From: Penicillus capitatus
Taxonomy: Eukaryota; Plantae; Chlorophyta
Direction of reading: 5' to 3'
Length of the DNA: 64,000 nt
NCBI GenBank assembly: GCA_965649825.1
Contig: OZ287695.1
Location: forward strand, 846,981 to 910,980
The position numbers and the translations under genes are program-made. Below are positions 36,489-46,009 of this stretch, piece after piece. Below the pieces are notes generated by a model. It had not been told where the DNA came from. It ran no database searches and was given only the letters and a program-made list of their open reading frames with translations. Positions within the stretch are counted from its first letter, which is position 1. Each line of letters begins with the position of its first letter.

Positions 36489-38706
36489 CGTTCGAACAAA
36501 CAGCGTTTCAGGCGACAGAGGCGAAAGACGTAAACAAAAGCCAGCGTGTTTGTCGAATGCGTGCGGTGCAAACGAGTGGGTCGATTCTTAAAGACCAGTT
36601 GACTCACTCTGGTCCCCCTTTTCAGTTGCCTTGCATAGGATGATCTGTCACATCGAACTGCAGCATTCGCCGCGTACTGGGTCAACACTCCGTCTTGTGT
36701 TCGACGTCAAGCTCGCCGCTTAGCAGTGCGCGGGGAAGTGCGAAAGCAAGAGAGTAGAGGTCTTTGATCGATTCAGCTGAATTCGAATCCAGCCTAAAGA
36801 ATACGGCCGATTACTCAGCACTGTTTGATGTGACAGGAATCCGTCTCCAGCGGGTGAGTGCTCTCTGACGCGAACGACACTGCGGTGTATGCTTGGGCGA
36901 AGAGTCGGTTAACATGCGACGGATCGATCAAATATCGCTGATGCCGCCAACGCGTCGAAGCTACAGTGTACAACCTCAATCTATCATGCATGGGGCCATG
37001 TGCAACATACACCACCAGTAAATGCTGCTCGAAGATGTCTGCCGTCGACATATCAGAAGCCAAACAACGAACACCTATCGATGCTGTTAGCTTGTCACTC
37101 AATTGAATTGGCGACGACGAGGGATCTTTCGTCTATGACTTTCAAAACATGGACCATCTCCTGTCTTCGACTGAAACACAAAAAATCTTTCCATAGAATA
37201 GGGCAGCTGTTGCATCCATTTTGATGAGCAGTCACGTTTCGTATTGTTTCTGTGCTGGAATTGTCGAACGGTCAGACCGCGCGAGAATGGAAACTGGCTG
37301 ACGAACTTCTCAGACGATTCAGAGCGATGGCAAAGTCCTCATGATCAGTGGGGTGGACGACTGGACCGTTCGTCCTTGTGATCGGACCAAGGAATTCATC
37401 CACTTCCTGAGTTTTAGTTTCATATCCAACGCAACAGCTTGTCGTTCACGAAAAGCGGGCGTCGTCGTCGGAAGAGAAGAGGTAATAACATTCTTTGATC
37501 CCCCGACGGTTTACGAGCTAAAAGCAGAGCTCGCTGTCTAGAGAATCTGAACTTGTCCATTCTTGAGGATAATAAGGAGCTGATAGTCGTGGAGCATCTT
37601 AACGGCCTCATTTTGTATCGCTCTCCCTAACAGACAAGCACCATTTCATCGCTTTCTTCGCTCTGTGGCGAGACTGACAGGTAGAATAGATTCATTACAT
37701 CCGCAACGAAGAAAGGATGATAGAGGGTCCAAGAAAATGCAATTCGATACTCCAGACTTAGTGAGGTCGGCGGCGCATCCAGACCGACAGGTGAAAACCT
37801 GCGGACGGTCAATGCTGTTAACTGGGTTGTTCTTCTCTTCCAACTTGTGCCGGTCAAATGGTTTTGTTATCTTCACAACAAACGGTACATAGTTTCAGCA
37901 TGATTCTTAGGGCAGAACGGATCCTCTCTTTGGTATCTACAGGACAATCGAGCAAACATATGGCGACCTCCGTTCTCGTAGTTTGAAAGAAAATGAACTA
38001 CCATAGAAATACATCATGGATCCGGATCACTGCAGTCGGCATTCGTCTGGAATCAAACTCAATCAAGGTTCGTCGAAGTCTTGCAGAATAGCAGAAAAAG
38101 AAGAGAACCATTATCAGATCTCACGTTTAGAAAAATCTCGTCTCAGATCGATACTTCTGCGGCTCCTTATTAATAACGATATCATGGCTCTATATGTTTG
38201 TCCCCTGTCACAAGCGCTCATGTGTCATGCAGAACACGAGTTCTAAGACAACCCCTTTAAACGGCGGACCTTTGCATCAGCTGATGATGTTCTTCGACTT
38301 TAAAGCGGAGTTTCTGTCGACAAGTCCTTGTGAAGTGGCAGCGCGAGGGATCAAGGCCAGCTTTGTCAGTGTGGTCGCGAAGAGCAACACCCGATTGATA
38401 AGCGTTTTGTTCAGATTTCGAGAGAGAAGCTCGAATGTGCCACCACAAACTGCTTTGTGTCGTAGATGTGGCAACGGCGAGTCGGCAATGCGCTGAATGC
38501 GTAAATAATCAACAATCAATAACAGAAGCCACGGTCCTAGTGACTTCTCTCCTCTTGCATACAAGAAAGCCATCAGTCGATTGTTCCTCCATTCGAACTT
38601 ATCACAGAAGTGTTTGTCAGAACTTGTAGGTATGGTAAGATCAGCTAGCGGGAGACAGTTGTTCAGATGATATGTTTGACAGCAGAGGGCTCTTTTGGAC
38701 AACCCC

Positions 38707-39600
38707 TCACGGACGCAGGAATCTCTTGAGAGAAGATTTTTTCGATCTAGAACATCTAGAGAAGGCGTTAAGACAGATAACGTCAAACGGCGTTTCTTCA
38801 TCGTCATTGGTTACCGTCTTCGATAATCCAGCACCCACCAGAACCTGAATGGAATGCACCGTTAAGCTTTGATGTGTTACCTCTGACTCGCCTTTGCCGT
38901 TTGTAGCTTCCCGCCATGTGCGGCTTCGTGAAGTGTAGTGTCTCCATCGTAATCAGTCGCATTGATGTCGGCCCCTTCTTTTAGCAACACCTACAAGCAA
39001 CAACGTGGACGAGAGAACGGAGGCAAATTGTCATGTACCTTCACAACTTTGGGGTTACGATTGAAGTTGGCAGCTTCGTGAAGTGGAGTGTCTCCATCGT
39101 TGTCGACGGCATTGATGTCGGCTCCTTCTTTAAGCAACAGCTATAAGCAACACCGTGGACAAGAGAACAGAAGCAAATGGATATATGTACCTTCGCAACT
39201 TTGGGGTTATCATTGAAGTTGGCAGCTTCGTGAAGTGGAGTTCTTCCAAAGGAATCGGTCGCATTGATGTCGGCCCCTTCTTTAAGCAACACCTACAAGA
39301 AACCGCGTGGACAAGAAAACAGAAACAGATCGGCATGGACCTGAACACATTGTGTTCATTGTCCATTCTCTTCCCAAGAGGTGAACAAACAGGCTGACGT
39401 CCAATCGATTCGAGATGGCGACTGTGCTCGCAAGCAGATAACCGACCCACCCCACAGAGCGAGGAACAGACCGAAGACCAGAATGACCAGCGCAGGCCAC
39501 AGCAGTTGTCGCGTCGCTTGATGTGGAGAGATGTCTTCGTCGCGGCAGTGACAGCAGGAGAAGACACGGACACGAATAAATGTGATCCTGCACTTCAATG
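38707..39600 (-). pseudogene. Chimeric remnant: FHA-gene 5' fragment, STRA6-like 3' fragment and the last four ankyrin exons of a third trypsin-ankyrin paralog
   Basis: 39520-39600 resembles 17340-17410; 39345-39490 resembles 48010-48145 (YLLASTVAISNRLDVSLF vs YLLVTTIAILNRLDITLF) with a frameshift; ankyrin exons run from 39292 to TGA 38709-38707. An in-frame stop precedes the first ankyrin splice. Confidence 0.72.
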
Positions 39601-40046
39601 TGGTGCGTTTTCTGAACAAGTGAAATAACTCGTGTCTCCTCATGACAAACTTTCACAGGAAACTGGAAGGCTGCCACTGCGACAGAAACGACAGAAAGAA
39701 TGCATACCGCAAAGGGAGCGATGATCGGGTATTAAACGCTCTTACCTAGGCGTCGAGTGTGTCAAGTGCGAATGTCTCATCACGTGCTTGTTTCGCGCTG
39801 GGTGCTACGACGACGAGTCGAAAACACAAGGCTTTCAGGACTAATGAACACTCTTAATTAAAACAACTATCTTAATTACGTTTCTAACTTTTCCCGACAC
39901 GCAGCAAACCAGTCGCCTGGTTTTTTTCAATTCGATGTAAATAACAAACAGGAACTCGTCAGATCATCAGAGAAAAGGGGGAAAGAATCCAAAGCTAAGC
40001 GTTTCTTAAAATCGAGTGCCTAGTGGTGGGGGACTATTGGCGATAC

Positions 40047-42998
40047 TTATGGACGTAGGAGTTTTTTCAAGACGTTTTGTCTCGATTCAGGACATCGAGG
40101 AGACCCTACAACGCAGATAATGTCAAAAGGTGTTTTTCCACCGTTATTGGTTTTCGTCCTTGAGGCCCCGAAAAGCACCAATACCTGAATGGACCATTAA
40201 ACTGTGCATGCTCTCTCTGACTCACCTTTGCTGTCTCTGGCCGACCGTACATCGCTGCATAATGAAGTGGAGTGTTTCCCTTGTTATCAACCGCATTACG
40301 ATAGGCTTCTTCTTCAAGTAACAGCTGAAAGAAGCATAGTGGAAATAAAGACGAAAGTAAATAGCAATGCACCTCTGCGACGTCAGGATTCCATTTAACC
40401 GAAGCAAGGTGAAGAGGCGTCTGTTCGACAGTTGTTTCGTCGTTAACGCCCGCTCCGTGTTCGAGGAGGATCTGGCAGTTGAAAGATTCTGTAAATGCGA
40501 CAACGAAGTGGATGCGCAATAGACCTTGACCATCTCGGTGTTTGAGTAACGCGCTGCTAGATGTAGAGCAGTCCATCCATTGTTGTTGGTCTGTTCGACA
40601 ACCGCTCCGTTCTCGAGGAGGACCTGCAGCCGAGAGATTCTGCCAATGGAGCAACAAAGTAAATGCACCACCGACCTCGACCATCTCGGTGTTTGAGTAA
40701 CGCGCTGCTAGATGTAGAGCAGTCCATCCATTGTCGTTGGTCTGTTCGACGTCCGCTCCGTTCTCGAGGAGGACCTGACAGTCGACAGATTCTGTAAGCG
40801 AATCAGCGAAGTTAATGCGTTACCGACCGCGATCATCTCGGCGTCTGAGTAACGGACTGCCAGATGTAGAGCAGTCCATCCATTGTCCTTGGTCTGTTCG
40901 ACGTCCGCTCCATGTTCGAGGAGGACCTGACAGTCGACAGATTCTGTAAATGTGGCAACAAAGTGAATGCGCAATAGACCTCGACCATCCCGGCGTGTGC
41001 GTAACGCGTTGCAAAGTGCAGAGCGGTCCATTCATTGTCGTTACTCTGTTCGACGTCCGCTCCGTTCTCCAGGAGGACCTGACAGCCGACAGATTCTGCC
41101 AATGGAGCAACAAAGTAAATGCACCACCGACCTCGACCATCTCGGTGTTTGAGTAACGCGTTGCAATGTGCAAAGCAGTCCATCCATCGCCGTCAATGGC
41201 GTTCACATCAGTTCCGTGATCAAGAAGAATCTGAAATGGACGTTAGAGCAGACGATCAAGATAGCTTTGCAGATTTACCTTCGCCACATTCGCGTATCCT
41301 TTTCCCGCTGCCAGATGCAAAGGAGTCTCTTTGTCGCTCTTTAGCTTGTCAACGGTTGCGTTATATTCCAAAAGAACCTACAAGGTATGAGCGCAATGAT
41401 TTAGTAGACACAAAGGAATCATATAGACTCTGTAATCCAGAGTGGACTGGAGGAGAGTGCTACCTCGGTGCTTTCTGATGCATTGTAATACGCTGACCAG
41501 TGCAACAAAGCAAGGCGGTCCCATTTGCTCTTCCATGGCATGTGAACGAATGCCTTGTAGAATGTATCTGGATCCAGTCCCTCCAGAAGCGTGGCTTCCA
41601 ACGTCAGGACATTGTCATTCATTATAGCGTCAATCGCTTCCTGCAAAACAATCCGCCTTTGTAAAATGAGAAACATCATCGATGTTACATTCAGTAGTTG
41701 AGTTTGCGAGAATCCCTTCAGTCGTTTGCGTTCTTCTTCAAGTTCTTGTTTTTCCGACTTCTCCTCGTTCACTCTATCATCCGCAGGCTCATCTGCTTCT
41801 GAAAAACGCACATCGTCTTCGACATCTGGCGTAGGTCTGTTAACAGCTCCTGATGAGTTTGGCACCTGCACTCAGCGATCAAGACAAAAAAAAGCAGATT
41901 TGGAGAACAGTTCATTCACCTCTGGAGCTTCGCCGATTCTCCATAGAATCCAATCCCAGAATGCGCCGATACTTGTGTAGACAGACGGTGATGCATCGGA
42001 GCAATTCCTGGACCCCAAGGATGTCACGCCGACAATAATATCGAATTCTGGATTTCCGGCCGCTATGTTTCCTTCTGGTCTGTTCGAAATCAACAGCGGG
42101 CCGCCAGAATCTCCTAAACCAAGAGAATCTCAGCAGAAATCGAAATCTCGTATCACCGCCCTAAACCTTCACATGTGTTTTCAGGCGAAAAACCGGCACA
42201 AATCGAGTGACTTTTGACTGAGTCTCCCAGAAGTTTCTTGCAGATGTGGTGTTCCACATGTACTAGGTTGTTCGTCAACTGTAAAGTATTTGGGTAATTT
42301 CCAGTCTTGTTCAGTCCCCAACCGAGTGCGGTGAACATCTTGCCGGTAGGAAATTCGCCTTCTTGCTTATCAATCGACGGCAGTGTGAGATTCGCCTCCT
42401 TGTTCAGTTTGACGACGGCGATGTCGTACCCGTCGTGCACGTCGCCAGACCAAGATTCAGGCCAGTAGCTTTGCTCTCCGCTAAATACCTACAAACATTC
42501 ATCTCGACAGGAAAGCGAACAAACATAAACCGGGTAAGTAGTACTTTGTCAGGGTCGTTTGCGTCGAGCTCGTAAATACCACAGCGGACAAGCGGATGTC
42601 TACCGAGACTGCCCGAAGAGGCTGGGTCGACGCAATGCGCTGCAGTGACCACCCATTGTGGTCGAATGAGAAATCCACCGCAGCGATGGACCTCTTCTTC
42701 TCGTGTCGCAAGACTGCAAAGGTACGGGAACCGTCCCTCAGGTGCCTCTTTCCCCTTCATCGTACAAAAGTGTTACGATACCGTCAGAGAATCGTGAGAC
42801 TTCACAATAATCTGTGGAACAAGTTTCACTGTAGAGTCTGGCTTTCCCGACTTCTCTAAACAATCACCCGTGTCGGAGTGCTAACCGACAATAGTCTCTA
42901 CTATGGACTTGAGGACTGGCGTCGGCACAGACGAGCAGCACAGATGCCAATAGAAGCATAACTGCAATGACTCTTGTCGACAACGAAGAAAGCAACAT
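40047..42998 (-). CDS. Secreted trypsin-family (S1) serine protease fused to about 9 ankyrin repeats, copy 2
   Basis: Signal peptide MLLSSLSTRVIAVMLLLASVLLVCADASP, TAAHC, DGYDIAVVKL, GDSGGP; 10 phase-0 ankyrin-region exons spliced in frame to TAA at 40049-40047. Confidence 0.88.
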
Positions 42999-43128
42999 GT
43001 TTCGAAAAGCGAAAGGACAATGGCTACAGAACACCAACAGCCGTTTAAATAGACCCAGCGCCGTCCATTCATCATAAAGCGTTGAGTAACCGCCACGATG
43101 ACTGCTGGACACCACACGACGAGACTAA

Positions 43129-43267
43129 TGTAAGTTGACAGTCGATGGCGCGGGAAAACAAGACGAAGAGTCGGGAGAACTAATCTCTAAAAGACTGTTT
43201 GACTTCCTCCTTTTATAATGACACATGATTCATTTGATTGTGTCAGTTGTAGTCATTCATTTCCACA
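43129..43267 (-). repeat. 3' LTR (139 bp)
   Basis: Identical to 47637-47775; preceded by the short purine-rich AGGGAAGCG; contains minus-strand TATAAAA at about 43211-43217 and the pol stop codon. Confidence 0.97.
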
Positions 43268-46009
43268 CGCTTCCCTGTGCTGAACTTCCCGGAGTGAATC
43301 CACATGTACGATCAAACTACGAGAGCCGCATTGGAGTTCCCTGAGGTGATTCGATATCACTCTGTTCACCGGATAAGGCCCCTTCCAGAAGGGTGCAAAC
43401 TTTTCGTCTAAGCGGCCCATTCGAACATGATCTCTAAGCCAGACACTCTCGCCAGCTTGGAAGAGTAAACGAGAAGGAGAAGATCGACCCTCGGAGGTCT
43501 TCTGCTGCCGAGCGCAAGTTTTCTGCCTCGCTCGAGAGCGCGCTTGCCTGACCTCTGAGATTACCTCGGTCTCCAGACGACCCATTGCCCAGAGCACCGC
43601 TGGCGGTGATCCCGTGACATCATTGGCAGTTTCATTAATCACATCTGTCGCTTTCTTCAGGAGTTTCATCCAGGTAGGTCTTCGGGCTCCTTCATGCATC
43701 ATTCGACGTAATCGCCCGATCAAATTCTGATTACATCGTTCGATCTGTCCATTCGAGTGATGAGCGTGACCAGGTGCCAGTACGCCTCTGATGCCTGCGT
43801 TACGGAGCCACGATTGAAACTTCTCGGACGTGAAATATGAAGCTGAGTCAGTCAGCAGAACCTTGGGCACTCCGACTTCATCGAATAGACGTTGTAAGTG
43901 ACGTTGAGCCGTCTTGGTATCCGCACGTTTCGACGCTGACGTCCACAGAAACCTTGAGAGATGATCGGTCACCGCCAAGATATACTGCACTCCTCCTTCA
44001 GCAGGTTTGAGGGGACCAATAAAGTCGGCACTCCAAACATCTTTGACATCCATGACTTCTTCAACTACTCCTAGAGGAATCACAGGCTTCGCCGCCTTAA
44101 AGCGTTGACACGCTGTACAGCTTTCGACATAAGCCTTGACCGCTTTCCACGTCGCTCCTCCTCCAAGTGCCTTCAATCGTTGCATCGTCTTGCGTGCACA
44201 GAAGTGGCCATCATGCGCTCTTTTCAACAGGCGATAAGGATCTTCTTGCATGGTTCTCAAGTGTGGCATTCGTGACAGAAAGTCTGGGATTACATTGCTT
44301 CGACCATCGACGAATCGAATGTCAGGACAAAACTCCAGAAGTTTCACAAGACGTCTGTACACAAATGGACTGCAATTGTCTGGATTATCCAAGCTGAACG
44401 TGGAACTGTTGTCGGTGTAGACAGTGACGTCCTGTCCGTAGATGTACGGCTTAAATCGCTGCAACGCTTGTAGCAGCGCTTCAGCTTCAAGTTCGTTCGA
44501 ACGGTGCTTCTGCATCTGCGAATTCCACAGGCCGGACGTGCACACTATGATGGCTTGATCTTGCTGCAGGCACGCGCCCCATCCAGTGCTCGATGCATCC
44601 ACACTGACCGAGTACTCTTTCGTTGATGATGGTAGAGTAATCCTGACGGTGTGTTGTTCGAGTAATTTCAAGAACTCTGTCCAGTCTTCCGACTTGCCGG
44701 ATTCTTCACACCTCTTCAATGCTTGCGAAACAGTAGCCCCTTTCCATACGAATCTGCAAATTTCATTCCACCAACCCTTCACCTTGCGCCACTCTTTTAT
44801 TCCTTGAGGGGGCTTCATGTCTTTCCATTGGGTGAGTACCGCTGATTCTGGGGTCCACCCTTCAGTTGACAATTCCATGCCCAGATACTGGAAGCTTGTT
44901 CTTCCAAATTTACTCTTCTTGGGATTGAGTTTCCAGCCGTCTTTGACCAGTGCCTTCAAGAGCAGTTGAAGGTCCTTTTCATGCTGTTCATCGGAACAAC
45001 TCAGCACCAAGATGTCATCTGCGTACACTATTAGTTGCGATTGTATTTTAACATTACGCAAAGTCTTATCGAGCGCCCGCTGGAATTCGAATGGAGAATT
45101 CGAATAACCAAACGGCAGTCGATTAAAAACGTACTGTTTGTTTCGGTGAGAGAAGCCGAAAAACTGTCTGATCTGTTGGCCCAACACTATCTGGTTGTAA
45201 GCCCTGGAAATGTCCAAGCTTGAACCAACAGAAAACGGTTGAATGCTTGCCACGACATTAGTTCTCGAAGTTTTCGAGTAAGGCTCTTTTCTCACGAAAC
45301 TGTTGAGTCTTCGCAAATCAGCCACAATTCGATCGCCGCCTTCCTTTTTAGGAACGCCGAAAATAGGCATGAGTAGAGGTTCTTGGGCTGCTTCGCTGAC
45401 AATACCATCTTTTATCAACTGATCCAGATCTTTCTGCAGAGCTTGCTCTTGAGCCGGTCCTCTTGGAGGTGGTTTCGGTTGCTGGCGTGGGTCAAGCGGA
45501 CATTTGAGGGGAATATGGTTGACAACATAATGTTGACATTTACCTAACGTTTCCTCAAATAGCTCTGGGAACTCTTCTTTCCATCTTTCTCCGTCGAGTG
45601 CTGCGCTTCGACACATCGACACCTTCTCTCGGTCTTCAATGATTCGGATGCCTTGGTCAGGAATCATTATGCTTGTAGATGTAGTCATCACGTTGCATAG
45701 ATCACTCTTCGGTGTAAGCGCAACAGCCGTTTTCGAGTGATTTGTTATCACACCCCAGATGCGCTTCCCATCAGTCTTCGCATGAAACTCTATGTAACTT
45801 GGTCGGGTAGCGTCTTCGATCTGTTTAATGTCACTAAATTGGATCTGGATGTTGATGGCTCTCTTTTCTTGTGGCCCCAACATCCAATTCCTATTAAAGG
45901 GAATCACTAATCGATTGTTTCGTTTGAATGGCATGTATTTGAGAGGCTCCAGCAATCGCACTAGGCCTGGCTGTTTGCCGGATTCACAGCCAGACCACAT
46001 CCGTTTTTT
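43253..46009 (-). CDS. pol: Pol (degenerate dUTPase-like segment, RT, RNase H, integrase), probably expressed by -1 frameshift
   Basis: RT PIFGVPKKEG-GDRIVADLRRLN, LDISRAYNQI, LPFG, YADD; RNase H VDASSTGWGACL, ELEAEAL, YTDN; integrase H-x3-H...C-x2-C, WSADFIGPL, TDSASYF, SNGQIER, KGPYP. Confidence 0.95.
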   Translation of the reverse strand, partial: KKRMWSGCESGKQPGLVRLLEPLKYMPFKRNNRLVIPFNRNWMLGPQEKRAINIQIQFSDIKQIEDATRPSYIEFHAKTDGKRIWGVITNHSKTAVALTPKSDLCNVMTTSTSIMIPDQGIRIIEDREKVSMCRSAALDGERWKEEFPELFEETLGKCQHYVVNHIPLKCPLDPRQQPKPPPRGPAQEQALQKDLDQLIKDGIVSEAAQEPLLMPIFGVPKKEGGDRIVADLRRLNSFVRKEPYSKTSRTNVVASIQPFSVGSSLDISRAYNQIVLGQQIRQFFGFSHRNKQYVFNRLPFGYSNSPFEFQRALDKTLRNVKIQSQLIVYADDILVLSCSDEQHEKDLQLLLKALVKDGWKLNPKKSKFGRTSFQYLGMELSTEGWTPESAVLTQWKDMKPPQGIKEWRKVKGWWNEICRFVWKGATVSQALKRCEESGKSEDWTEFLKLLEQHTVRITLPSSTKEYSVSVDASSTGWGACLQQDQAIIVCTSGLWNSQMQKHRSNELEAEALLQALQRFKPYIYGQDVTVYTDNSSTFSLDNPDNCSPFVYRRLVKLLEFCPDIRFVDGRSNVIPDFLSRMPHLRTMQEDPYRLLKRAHDGHFCARKTMQRLKALGGGATWKAVKAYVESCTACQRFKAAKPVIPLGVVEEVMDVKDVWSADFIGPLKPAEGGVQYILAVTDHLSRFLWTSASKRADTKTAQRHLQRLFDEVGVPKVLLTDSASYFTSEKFQSWLRNAGIRGVLAPGHAHHSNGQIERCNQNLIGRLRRMMHEGARRPTWMKLLKKATDVINETANDVTGSPPAVLWAMGRLETEVISEVRQARSRARQKTCARQQKTSEGRSSPSRLLFQAGESVWLRDHVRMGRLDEKFAPFWKGPYPVNRVISNHLRELQCGSRSLIVHVDSLREVQHREACGNE
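45948..46009 (-). promoter_or_regulatory. -1 programmed ribosomal frameshift signal (A_AAA_AAC plus predicted H-type pseudoknot)
   Basis: Minus strand reads c-aa aaa aac, 6-nt spacer ggatgt, then ggtctggctgt-gaa-tccggcaa-acagccaggcc-tagtgcga-ttgctgga. The pol frame is closed by TGA just upstream of the slip site. Confidence 0.85.

Noticed and set aside
43253-43450. Chromodomain or env after integrase
   Set aside because: Pol ends shortly after the GPY/F motif inside the 3' LTR, leaving no room for either and showing no motif.
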